Source: Massalongia carnosa (taxonomy: Eukaryota). Taken from it: DNA of 64,000 bases. Shown here one piece after another: positions 48,644 to 61,100 of the stretch; within the stretch, counting starts at the first letter, position 1; each line of letters begins with the position of its first letter. The stretch covers positions 2,480,001 through 2,544,000 of the forward strand of contig OZ287073.1 of NCBI GenBank assembly GCA_965645245.1, read 5' to 3'. Made by a program: the position numbers and the translations under genes. The notes beneath the pieces were generated by a model that was given only the letters and a program-made list of their open reading frames with translations, was not told where the DNA came from and did not search any database.

Positions 48644-51476
48644 TCATAAACTTACAGCAGGATTCGGAGGAACATGAGTTATCATGTCATGTTGCGATCG
48701 CAGAATTACTTCCGGATATACAATGTTATCCGTTTTCCAGTCATTTCGTTCCGGAAACAACATACACAATCGAGACACATCCATAACTCGAGATAATGCC
48801 ACATATAACTGACCATGAGTAAAAGGAGGAGCTCGCAAATCGACTCCTATCGTGTCCAATGATTGACCTTGCGACTTGTTGACAGTCATAGCAAAGCAGA
48901 ATCGTATCGGAAATTGTTTGCGACTTATGATCCAGGGCAACTCGCCTTCCGTGGTATTAAGAAGAATCCGGGGAATTAATCGCGTTTCACCGTTGAATTC
49001 TTATCCCAAAATCTTTCCCTCTAGACAGGTCCGCGAAATGTGAGTAAGACGTAATCGGGTGCCGTTACAGAGACCAAGTTTGGGATACAAATTCCGCAAA
49101 AAAATGATTCGGGCTCCAAGTTTCAGTTGCAATTGTGAAGGTTGTATAGACGATTTTTGCAAGGGTTGTAAAAACTCGGGAGGAAGAAAGTCTCCTCGTT
49201 CCTGCGCCGTATCGTTCTCTATTTGAGCAACGGAGTTCAAGGTGTGCGAACCGCCCTGCAATTTATTCAGTACTGCACCGTTTAACTCTGCGACGATATT
49301 GTTCCGCAAAGTCAAAATTGCTCGACTTGCGAAAGAATCCGCATCCAGATGAACTTGCCGCATGCGATCGGAAGGAAAAACGGTGTCCACGAAACTGTCT
49401 AAGTTGTTCAGTTGATTGACTTGTTCCGGTAGCTGAACACGACCGGAAAAAGCAGGATCATAAGACATTTTCCCGATCCAGTCCGCAAACGTCTCATTGG
49501 CGACTTCGTTACGAATTCGCATGATTTGACGCAAAAACAGTTTTTGAAATCGCGGCCACAGAAGGTGTTTTGAATGTTCGCCGCAACGATGGCTTCCCGA
49601 TTTCCACGGGGAACAACGGGCAAGATTTGAGCGAAATCTCCGCCTAACACCATCGGAATAACTCCGAAAGGTCGTCATTACCTAAAAGGACCGTAAAAGT
49701 GCGATGTACGGCCATGAAGCATTGTTTGTGTTGCATCGGCACCTCATCCCCAATGATTAAGGCTGTGCGTTGCAAAAGACAGTGTAAATGCGTGTTGCGG
49801 GTGATATTACACATGCTGTCCTCATTTAAAATCAAAGGAATTTTCAACCGGGAATGTGAAGTCTGTCCGCTAGGAAGAAGTAAAGCCGCAATGCCGGGAG
49901 ACGCAACGCAAAGAATGATTTTATTCTCCGCCCGAATATCATTGCAAAGAGTCTAATATAAAAAAGTCTTACCTGTTCCTGCAGGTCCGTGAACAAAAAA
50001 ATGCGCCATTCTAGGATAATCTCTAACTCCCGCAACAATGGTATCAAAACAGTATTTCTGATCCGCATTCAATTGAGTATATCGTTCATTTCGTAACGTC
50101 GTTTCTTCGTTGAAATCGTAAGTCATTTCTGTAACGGTTCGACCATGCGTGGTGCGGACGGCAGGACCTACAGCGAACAAAGCAGGAGTCCCAGTTATAG
50201 TAGAATAGAGCTTGGTCTGCGGACTAAGTATTGTGCCTTTTGGTCGGGAGGACAGATGGCGCAATGGTAGAAATCTATTTACTTCTCGCTTCGTCACAAT
50301 TTCATTTGCGATCAACGGATTTCCAGTACTCCGACCCCAATCGTATGTAAACAGCGGCATATTCTAATCCTCTAATCGTTTTCCTAAATCCGAAAGACCT
50401 CCGTTTAACAAATAAAGGCCGTAATCTAAATGCGGACTCATTAAATCGTCAGGAACATCAGTCATTGATCGTAATCGATGCGGTAAATCGTCATATATAT
50501 CATTTGCGTATCGATTCCATAAGGCCGTAGGATCCGTAACACGACGATCATCGGTTGTGGCCGCATTCTCCCGCAAAGCCTCGCTGGCGGATTTGTAAAG
50601 GCTGATAAAGGGATTCATATTGTGCAACATCTCTGTTAAACGTCGTACAATATCGGGATCCAATTCTGTATGTTGTCGAGTACGAATCGCGGTTGCTTCG
50701 TCGGGATCGTAAAAAACAGTTGAGCAAAGCGAGGAGAATCGTCAACGGGATCCAAAGGACCCTGCAGGTGATACAGTTCTCCGTGATTTTGAAAACATAC
50801 CGGTCCACGACCGTTGCGAGGAAGTCGGCGATCGGGTTTGTAGTTTACGGAGGTGAACGTCAACGTGGAATTATATTTTCGGAGGTTTTTGCGAAATGTG
50901 CGGGTTCTAATATCGTCACCAATTAACAGTTGCCGTAAATAATCAGGAGGAGGCTGAAACGGTGGCAACACGACACCACCTCGCTTGCAACAGGATTTGT
51001 ATACTCGATCTCGTCTTCTGTCACTCTGAACAGCTTCCGTTTCCCAATGCCACGCACCGCAAGTTTCTGCAATGATCTGTCATGTGTTGAATTCGTTGTA
51101 TCGCGGATTCTAAAGTGTACTGACTTTTAAATGCGGCAGGAAAGTTACGATTTGCAGCCGCATGGTCACGGGCTTCAACAGTACGGTCGCGACGACGTGT
51201 TCGACGATTTCTTCGTGACTCACGATGATTAACAGGTGGAGAAACAGGTCTGGAACTCGCAATGGATGGAGAAATATGTCCGAAACTCGACCTTACGAAA
51301 CCGCGAGCTCGGTTGTGATTGTACTGACCCGCTTCTGCTTCGTTGAGCAGCATTTCTTCCCAAATGTTCGGATTTTCCAACTGCAAATCATTTCGATTTG
51401 GCGGGCTTGGCGAGTGGAAAGCCGACGATACGGGAGAAACGGAATTCGTTATTGAACTGTTAGGCGAACTCTGCAA
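48644..51476 (-). mobile_element. Degraded Helitron (RepHel) with PIF1 helicase and an internal deletion
   Basis: N-terminal CCKRG..LP...FRKNLRKYNS..FTS...HGELYH...PRFAQL. PIF1 motifs HGPAGTGKT, DEVPM, GGDFAQILPVV, LCNGTR, FAMTVNKSQGQSL, FTHGQLYVALSRV. Frameshifts. HUH Rep core not seen. Termini not identified. Confidence 0.9.
50130..50298. mobile_element. 169-bp solo LTR inside the Helitron ORF
   Basis: TGTAACG...CGTCACA termini; TSD ATTTC at 50125-50129 and 50299-50303. Confidence 0.85.
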
Positions 51477-52508
51477 AGATAGAAGAGTGACAGGAGATAC
51501 AATCGAACTTCTTGGAGGAGCAGGCGGACGCAGGAAAAGACTAACAGAACGTTTTCGGTGGTCGTAAGATTAGACGAACGCGTTTTGCGGGAGGATTTTC
51601 CGGAGAATTCTCTTTATTATGCGGTCTACGGAGAGAACACCATTGTCGTAACGGAATGGGAAGTCGAGAAACGATTTCTCGAGGAGAAGAGCTAGACTGC
51701 AAAGATATAGCGGTAGTCGTTGCTGTTGTTGCGAAGAGATCAGATAATTGTTAATGCTAAACCCAATTAAGACTACGTTAAACCGAATCGAGGGTTTTCG
51801 CAGGTTCATTGAACGGACGGATTTAGCGCAGTTTTCGGGAACATCAAAACATGAAAAACGCGAACAACGACCACCTCTCGCGGCCCACAACGAACGTAAA
51901 AGAACGTAGTTTTCGCGATACGGACTGATATCAACAGGATCAGTTGATCTCCGAAGTTTGACGAAGTGAAACGGTCCGGTACGGTCGAGGCAAGAGGGGA
52001 ATTTTTGGTCCTGTCCGCAGAGAGGTCCTCCCCGCATTATTTGATAATTCAGTACTGTTCCGCAAGCCGCGTTCCCTTTTCGGGTTCAATCCAACCGAAT
52101 AAGGTAGTGTTGCCCAAAGTAGCAGGGTAACTCTTTCAGTACTATATAGATCATCACGCAATTTGGAACAAGCCACTGGTTATCCAGCCACGCGTAATAT
52201 TAAGTTCTATCTCTAGTACGAAATAAATCTTGAGACCAAACCAAGCACAGTATGGCCCCATTCCTACTTTCCAATTGTTAGACTAGTATACAAACCATCA
52301 TGTAACGCGTCAATTGCACTGTCAATTCTGCCTCGATAGCTGAATCTGAATTGACCATTATGTTGTTGATTGTTGACGTATTGAAGTTGAGGTGTAAAAT
52401 GTTGAAAATGCACTGAGGGGTGCTCTCTGCATTCCGAAAGTGGTCTAGCACGATTACGGAGTACTCCAACATAAAAACCATCTTCTATCCCTCTCGAATT
52501 CAATCGAC

Positions 52509-54667
52509 ATGGCCGCTGACCAACGAAAACCTGACGCCCAGAAATCAGGGCGGCAAACTTTGAATCGTGAGATGTTCCATTATAGTTCGTCCATTTCGCT
52601 CTTACTCACCTCTGAACAGAAAAGTGCCCTCAAGATATCACAAAGCATCAACCTCAAAAGAAGCGAGCGAACTTCCAAGACCAAACCATTCAGCAGCATT
52701 CATTTTCCTCTCTGTCAACAAGCAATACTCACAGCTCGGTACGTCCTCTATTCGTTGTAATGTTACCGTGGAAAATTAATCGTAAAAAAAAGTGTTCACA
52801 GGACTTACCGACTTGCGAGAAGCCTTCAGGCCTAGACCAAAGACTCGATCAAAAGCGAAAGCGATCACAAGGAGTTGAAGATCTAGTCCCTCAAACTAAG
52901 GGTCAGCCCTTTGATCTAGAGAGAAAGACTTTCACAAGGGAGAACGAAGAACATCATCAGCTACCATCACCATTAACAAGCAACCCACACCAGCAATCAT
53001 CTGAGAAGAAAAGGAGGAGAGCTGTTTCCCCAGAATCGCGCTCGGAGGAAGTCAATAATCGCTCTCCGAAAAGGCGCAAGGCCTTACGGCAAACACCACA
53101 ACAATCAGGTACGAGTACATACAGTCCCATTTTTGAGAGGCCTGAAGAAGGGCACGAAGCCTCAGAAAGCGAAGAGGAAGAGAAAGACGACCCTATCAGC
53201 TATTGGACCGCGAACCATACCTGGCCCGACAACTTTGCAGAGTCTCATGCAATGTCTTCGAACAACCCCAACAAACGACCGCGAACGTCGGATCATTCTC
53301 AAAGCAGCAAGGATGAAAAATCCCGGAGCTATTCTCAGAGCCGTAAGGATGGAAATGTCCCGGAGCAATATACTAAATCGTACGAATCGTACATTTTCAC
53401 ACAAGGTCTGGACATGAATTATATCAAAAGCAGAGAACTTTTTTCTCCAGACAGCAAGGCGGCTTGCCAAGATCTTCGAAATATGGAATGCGTGGCCATC
53501 TCTCCTACTGTTTATTCCGAGGACAAAACACTCCAGGTGATCGAACTTTGCCAGAATGCAAATGAAGCAATGGTAAGCCGAGATGTTACGACGCTGATTT
53601 TGCCGCCAATCAAAGCACTACATCTAACGGACGAAGCAAATATTTTCAAAGATTTTACCGATCAAGTTAGAGCGCAGTGGCATGGGAGTTGGGTTCTGGC
53701 AGGACCTCGGCCTGAACCTGACCTGGCCATTGGCTTCCTCCATTCCGCCTTTACGGTATCAGAAAATGAAAAATTAACCAACTACACATCCTTTGAAAAC
53801 TTGACGCGACCAACCAATGAAATGTGTTTCCCGTTCCTGATGTGCGAGGTCAAGTGTGGCAACATGGGACTTGACTATGCTGACCGGCAGAACATGCACA
53901 GCTGCAGTGTGGCGGTAAAGGCGCTTCTGAAGCTCGAGCAAAAGGCGGATCAGTACCGAGAGGACAAGCAATTCGAGAGCTTGCTTGGCAAGATCGTTGT
54001 CTATTCTATCTCACACGATCAAAAAGATGCCCGCCTCTACGGGCATTATGCCTTGGTTGAAGAAGAAAAATGGACGTATTATCGCCATCATATTCGGAAA
54101 TTCGACATTGCACACGAGGAGAGGGACCTGCTGGCCCTCCACAATTTTGCTCGCAATATCCTAATGATACACGCTTCAAAACTGTTGAAACGGCTTCAGA
54201 AAGCAATCGCAGCTCTCCCAGTCTCCTCTACGCTATCATTCTCTGCAGGTACGATGAACTTGGAGGACGACTCGCGAGGCTTCCAACAACCCTCGCAGGG
54301 TCGAGATGCCGAAGGTTTCGCGATTCCCGTTTTTCCTGCCAGCGCCCAAAAACTGTTCGAAGAGCAAAAGGAGCAGATGGACAAGCTCCTTCAGCAGATG
54401 GAACGGCAAAGGGAGGAGAACAAGGAGAAGGAGGAAAGGCAAAGGGAGGAGAACAAGGAGAATGAGGAAAGGCAAAGGGAGGAGAACAAGGAGAAGGAGG
54501 AAAGGCAAAGGGAGGAGAACAAGGAGAAGGAGGAAAGGCAAAGGGAGGAGATGGAGCAGCAGAGGAAAGAGAACAAGGAGCAGATGGATGAGCTAAAGAA
54601 GGAAAAGGATGAGCTAAGGGAGCAAATCAAGGGACTCATGAACATACTCAAACAGACGAAGATCTAG
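52509..54667 (+). CDS. DUF7924-like protein (PD-(D/E)xK-like motif) with C-terminal coiled coil
   Basis: Predicted exons 52509-52566, 52620-52738, 52802-54667 join in frame. Motifs PRPEPDLAIGF, FPFLMCEVKC, ADRQNMHS, YSISHD..ARLYGHY. C-terminal 33-bp repeats (ERQREENKEKE x4). Confidence 0.75.
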
Positions 54668-55077
54668 ATTTAGAATACTGGATGCTCATCCGGCTTGGCA
54701 GATAGGTATGTGGATTGTTTCGTGAACCATATTTTTAGAATCTAGGAATGATCCTAGAATCCTGACATGGTAGGTAGTCTCCGACGAGAGGGTTGAGAGA
54801 TGCAGTTACAGGGAAGAAGATGGGATAGGAACAGGTATTATCAGATCTCTTAGAACTTTGATTCCTGTCAAGCTTAGTATTGCTCTGAAGTAGCTAGAGA
54901 CTATCTAGTGTATGCTATGAGTATTAACATGAGTTGATTCTGGACGTCTCATAACGGCGATCTTCAGCTACCTTATATACTTGAGGTTCAATGAACCATT
55001 CCCATGTGAACCCTTGACCGATATATTCAATAAGCGTATCACGTGACGTATGCGACGTCAAGACTTACGGCTATTAA

Positions 55078-55545
55078 CTCAAACGTCCCCAAATCACCTA
55101 TGTGCCAATGCCTCGTGCGCCGTGAGCCTCTTCGCTGGATCAACGTTCATCAAACCACCAATAAGATCTCTGAAGTCCGTGTCTACGCCTTTCCACAAAG
55201 AGAACAGCTTATGCGGGTTAGCCGTGTTAAAGCTGTCTTGAATAACTTTAAGAACTTCGCATCAAGGACTGTCGCCAAGATGCTTCAAGAGACCATTCAG
55301 TCCGTCCTCGTCCGCAAAATAAGAGATCTGGCGCTCGAGGACGACTGCTAATGGCTCCTCGCCGTCAGCCAGCTCCTCTTCGTCGACGGCGAAAATGACT
55401 CTCTTAAACACTGCGTAAATGCACTGCATGACGACACTAGTGAACAGCCACTCTAAAATACGAGGGATGGTAGATGACTTACAACAACACCGAAAGAGAA
55501 TATATCGGAGTACTTAACGCGACCTTGAGCATGTGCTTCCGGGCT
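55078..55545 (-). pseudogene. Ser/Thr protein kinase, C-terminal half
   Basis: SPEAHAQGRV..SDIFSFGVV, intron, then LERQISYFAD...DFRDLIGGLMNVDPAKRLTAHEALAHR*F. Confidence 0.8.
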
Positions 55546-55922
55546 GATCTAGTCAAGACTCATAGCGTATATAACGACGATAGTATGAACAACTTTGGTG
55601 TACAGTGAAAGGCTTCATCGTGCCTGATGCTACCTATGCTGTTGCCTGGGCTACTTTGCATCTCATGCCCTAGTCTATGCTATCGGAGGGCTGGAGATAG
55701 GGCGATTGAGAGATTGCTCTGACTACCATACGTACACTTCGTTCAATTTAGACCTTTTATCGCTTTGATGTCTCTATCACGCTAGTTCTCGCCTCTAGCA
55801 AAACAGAACGTACTTAGGTGTGGCTCAGTTTTCAACGTTCGGTTTGCTAACGCCTTCTTCCGCTATAAGCCCTTTCATCCGACTTCGTCGTCCTAACAGT
55901 ACAATGAGATCAGTAACAGACC

Positions 55923-56571
55923 ATGCCTAACAGAAGAACGCGTCTACGACCACGGAGCCGGTTGGCCAGTCCGGCCATCGTTATATCATCCAGCGAGTCC
56001 TCCAAGAGAAAAGAAATCCGCCGCGCCGCGTCTGTCTTGCTATGTTCGTGCTCCTAAAACTCGACGACTGACGCTATCTAACTTGCTAGCCTCTGTCGAC
56101 CTAGCGCTAAAAACCAGAAATTTATCTTGAAAGACGTCTCCCAGTCTGATTTCAACATTTTCAGGATATGTACTACTGCCTGCGCAACTGGCACTTATCT
56201 CCGCTTATCTTAAGACACGATCCCGGAGCGGTCGATATTTGTTTACAAATACTTCATAGATGATCTTCTAGGCCTCGCCCGAGAGGACTTATCGATCGCG
56301 CTTATAAAACAAATCCTCAAAGACACATTATGCGGACTTGCGGCGCTGCACGACCAGAACATTGTTCATTCTGATAAACTAGGCTCCTTCTGTTTATGGG
56401 GCTGATACTCTGCAGATAGCCAAGCGAATAATATCTTGGTCGAGCGGAAGAAGGATCATCACGGAATGGTTATTGAACAGGTTCAGCTCGCCGATATTGA
56501 AGACGCTGCATATATACCTCCTGGAAGCGATGTCACCGGTAAACAGATGGGCAACTGAGTGTGGCGGAGCC
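55923..56571 (+). pseudogene. Ser/Thr protein kinase, N-terminal half
   Basis: GQSGHRYIIQRVLQ, KFILKDV, ILKDTLCGLAALHDQNIVHS, NNILVE, VQLADIEDA, GN*VWRS. Stops and frameshifts. Confidence 0.8.
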
Positions 56572-56689
56572 TTGCATACAGCCACCGAGCTTTCTATTGC
56601 TCAGTATTCAGCCCATCCTGTTTGTTGGATTTCTGGACTTACTCGAGCGCATGGGGAATGGAAGGCAAATACGCGATGTAGGACACCAG

Positions 56690-56900
56690 CGGTGAGGGGG
56701 GGGAGGATCGGTGATGGCGGTAGACATTTCCACCGACGAGCTGACCTTCGCCCACCGCATCGTGCAGGCGGCGGGCTTCGTGGGCCAGATCGAGCTGCTG
56801 CAAGGCAATTTCATGAACTTGACCGGCATCCCGCAGCACCACCATATTGGGGGTCCCCTAAGCAGTTCGACGCCATTGTGAGCTTCTGGGCCTTCTCCAT
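56690..56900 (+). pseudogene. Class I SAM-dependent methyltransferase fragment
   Basis: VDISTDELTFAHRIVQAAGFVGQIELLQGNFMNL followed, in a shifted frame, by QFDAIVS. Confidence 0.5.
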
Positions 56901-57862
56901 CACTTCATTCCCCCCTGGACGGTTAGGTTGCGCTGCTCCGCCAATGACGGTGCTACCTGCCCCCCAGGGCGCGTGGTTCTCGAAGGATCTTTGACTTGAC
57001 AAGTGGAGATGCCGAGCGATGTAGAACATATGTTCTGCAATCGGCATACATCGCTCGAGATAGGGAAAAGTTTTTCATTCCGCTCCTTCGATCATTGCAA
57101 TCGTTTCTTCTCTATACTGTGAGATATACAGCATGCGCAAGAACTTCTCGACATTAGACAAGGTTCCGCGAGCAATTAAGTCATTGTCAATGAATGTTCT
57201 AAAATTAGACCCTCGAAAGAAGCCGGGTTATTCTTAATCACATGATAGTCAAAAGTCAAGCCTAAATCTTTCTCTGTTCATTTCATTGTTTCAGCGATTT
57301 GCCATGTTGAGCATGAGCAAGCAGATTGATGCAGCTTTCATCCTTAATGTACTTCTTAACCAGATTCTTGACTAAATCTATCAAGTAATTTCTTTTTCTT
57401 AACTTCGGGAACACTAATGATTCCGAACAGATCTTATTTAAATCAGATGCCTGTGATGACTGAAGTAAATCATTTGAAGAAGCTGAAGTTTCTGACCCCC
57501 ATAATAAGAATTTTTGGGAAAAAGAGACCCTATACCGCAGCTAAGCGGGTATTGAGTGTATATATATCATAAGAAACATAAAGGGGTGGTCAATGTATGA
57601 TATATAATATAAGATGGGAAACAAGAAAATAAAGAAAGAAATAGAATAACATCCACGAAGCAGTAGAAGCCCGCCAACGACGAAGTAACAGATGACAGTA
57701 AATGGAGAGCGAATGGATAGCAAATTAAGTGGACAGCAGATTAAGTAGTAGTTGGACAACAAATAAAGTAAGAATTTAATTAATCAAATACATGAATTGA
57801 CAAATGCACTACTTCACCTGCTGTTCATATGCTGCTTCGTTTACTACTTCACCTGTGCCTAC

Positions 57863-58134
57863 TGATGAATATGATGAAATTCACGTGTAGGTATGTATAA
57901 TAGCATGATTTTCATTGAAGGTAATTATCTATGTGGGCTATCGACCTGCTTTTATAGCAGTCACAAAAAGCAGTCACATAACAGTGATGCTTTAGGCCTC
58001 CCACAGCTGCCTGTTAGGCACCTCCATAACTGTCTATTAGGCAGGTGCCTGGCAGGTACCCGTGGGACTCACGATGGATGCCTATACTAGTGGTAGTCTG
58101 ACCATCTAACCGATGGTAGCCTTATCATTTAACA
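57863..58134. mobile_element. Solo LTR (same family as 3317-3638)
   Basis: TG...CA termini; TSD CCTAC at 57858-57862 and 58135-58139. Shares AATTCACGTGTAGGTAT...TCATTGAAGGTAATTATCTATGTGGGCTAT...GCAGTCACAAAA with the 3.3-kb copy. Confidence 0.88.
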
Positions 58135-58184
58135 CCTACCTTAGGATAATCGTTTCAACGATAGACGTATTAATAGTGTTCCTA

Positions 58185-61100
58185 CGAGAAGACTCGGGAC
58201 AGTCCCCCCCCCACCGTCCCCCCAGCGAAAATCATTCCAAATTAGGACTAGCTACAAGCCACCTCCCCATACTAAATAATTAGGTGCATATACCTCGTTC
58301 ACCGTCTCTATTAATAATATTATAGGTATAGGCAGCCAACCCTCTGTATAAATTTATCACTATGATAGGTAGACCGCACTTCTTCTCTCCCTTATCTTTT
58401 TCTTTGCTATGGCCCTCACATCAACGTCCCTGGATGCACGTTTGCAAAGGGCTATAGCGAGTTTACCGTCGTCTCATCGTCTTCCTCCGAGTGAGAGTGA
58501 AATCTTTATCTCCTGGGAGGAGGGAAAAACCCGCCTTCAGAATTATGCCTTTACTCAAGGCTTTGCATTGGTCACAGAGACTAATGATAAGAAGAATCAT
58601 CTCGTTATACTAGATTGCACCCGTCATCACAAAAGAGAAAGAAACACTAGAAAGCTAGAGGAGAAGGACCGCGTACGAAAAAACACGAAGGTCTCGTTCA
58701 ACGAGTGCAAATATCGATTAAGATTGAAGCAAAATAAAGACGAATCGTGGAGATTAATCATCACCAATCCTGATCAAAATCACGAGATCGCTACAGACCC
58801 CTTCGGTTTCAAAGAGCATCGTAGACAAGACCTCGATCGAGCAATTGCCCTAGATCAAGCAAAAAGTCTCCGTGATGCATCAACTAGATACGGTCAAGCA
58901 TCTCGCGTTTTGGGAATGACTGGCCTGCGCCTTTCGAAGAAGGACTATTACAACCTGGCTCGATCCCAGGGCAAACATACACCTGAAGAAGAGTTGATCT
59001 ATGCACTTGGATTTCTAGAAGAAGAAGGGTTTCATGTACGGACTTTGGAGAAATATCTCGTTGAAAACAATACTCCCCGAAGACGTGTTGTTGAACATTT
59101 CTTTTTCTGTAACGCTGAACAGATCCGACTGACTAGACGATTCGTCAGTGGATTTTTTGATAGAAACGGATGCTACGTTCAATACAAATCAGTTGAACTT
59201 ACCTCTATCGGTATTGGTTGGCATCACCAACACAAATCAGACTTTCCCCGCGGCCTATTGTTATATAACTTCTGAATCGGCTGAGTGCTTTACGTTTCTA
59301 TTTGATTGTATGAAAGATCTCTTTTTTCATGATACATGTCCTGGTCCTAGGGTCATCCTCGGAGACTTCGCCGCTGGATTAACTGCAGCGATGCATAAAA
59401 AACGGGCTAAGGAAATAAACCCGGATGCAGCAATGACCGTTGCATGGCAAGTCGCCCAATCAATACACGAAACCGACCCTGATTGTGTGTTGCAATTATG
59501 CTCGTGGCACGCAGCGGAGGCAATCAAGAAACGCCTGATCAGGGCGGGTTCATATCCTTTAGAAGTACGGAAAGAACTGCATGAATTGATATGGGAGTGG
59601 ATCAAAACTCCTACCGTTGAACAGCTGGATGAGAAGAGAAACGCGTTGATATTGAAGCTTCATGCTTCAGAAAAGGTATGAAGCCATCAAAAAACGTTAA
59701 TAAGGGCTAACTCACTCCTATTTCCAGGAGTATTTTACTAGCTATTATCAACGTCAGGAGTGTCAGTTTGTTTCCGCATACACCAGAAAGTTCCCTAATT
59801 TAGGTGCACATAGCACACAAAGGGTGGAAGGTTTGCATCCGTTGGTAAAGAATGTGACAAATAGGCATACACCTATTAAGGACTCGGTGCGGAAAATATG
59901 CGAAACAGTGCAAAGGGTTCAGGTTGACTACGAAATATCAACCAATCATCAACGAATCAACTACCCCCGGCTAATGGATAGAAGTGCGTTCAAAGACCTT
60001 ATAGGTTTAATAACTCATCATGCTATTGACCTCATATCTAGAGAGTTGGATGCAGCTAAAATTTTAGCCGAAGATTTGAAGCAACAGGTTTCTTTTGGAG
60101 TTGAAGGGACTGCATTAATCGAACCAACCGGTGAGGATTGTATGTATGATTGTGATTTGCCTCCACGATACGGTCTTCCGTGCAGATGCTGGTTGTATCG
60201 TTGCGTCATTGATGTTATCCCCATACCTATCTCCCTCATTCATCCCCGCTGGTTTTTCGATGGCCCGCCTTTTGTGGTCTCGTGGAGCATGGTTTTCGAC
60301 CCCACCATAAATTTCGCTGAGATGTTTCGGAGAGCAGCTCACAGGAAGACCACAGAAGAGCAGGATGAGGAGGCGGATGAGGGGGGGAATGCTCAACAAA
60401 GTCAAGAATCTGAGCCGGAGGAGGAAATCGAGAAGGCAGTTGACAATAATACTGGGGATAGATTTCGTCGCGGGGGTGTTGATTTGCTGCATGCGGCCGC
60501 ACATCAATCAATTGATTTTCATAAATCAATAGAAAATGTGCATAGAAGGGAGGGATACGCTCGTGAATTCGCCAAATTCACTGCTATTTTCAATAAAAAA
60601 TGGCAGGATAAGGAGCTGGCGAGGCCACTTATCCCTACAACTTTCCCCGACGAAATCCGACCGAAGGACAACCTCATGTATAAAAAGAGTGGGAGTCGCC
60701 GGCGGGCTTACACTGGCCGTGAGGCAGCTGAGGCAGATGAAGCTAAGCAGCGACGTGCTAAACGTAAGGACTCGATTGAAGAAGGGAGGAGAAGAAGGCA
60801 TGAGGATGAATTGCGGGCAGGCGGTGAAGACAAGGGTATGATTGATGATAAAAAACCCACGATATCAGCAAATCGATCGATGTAGCGCGGCTAATATTCG
60901 GTATAGATTCCGGAGATGCTATCATCGTATCTGACGACGATGCCCTGCAATATATAGCAACTCAGCCTACCCCCGATCCTCCACTCTCTCTGAATGAGAA
61001 TGATGATTTTATCCCTCCATCCCCGGCATCTTCTTCCGATTCATTTGAAGATATTGATGAAGTGCTGGCGAAACATAGCCAAAAGGCTCTTTCCCAAACG

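Noticed and set aside
48329..52220. Helitron termini at CTAG sites near 48329 or 52213
   Set aside because: No convincing subterminal hairpin or 5' TC/AT junction; the 48329 CTAG overlaps the AcademH-like TSD.
54236..54651. Leu/Ser-rich antisense ORFs
   Set aside because: Antisense shadows of the purine-rich coiled-coil repeat in the DUF7924-like gene.
18571..56558. TGA read as Trp (alternative genetic code)
   Set aside because: Intact genes here use TGG for Trp and TGA as stop; the TGA cases occur only in sequences with other lesions.
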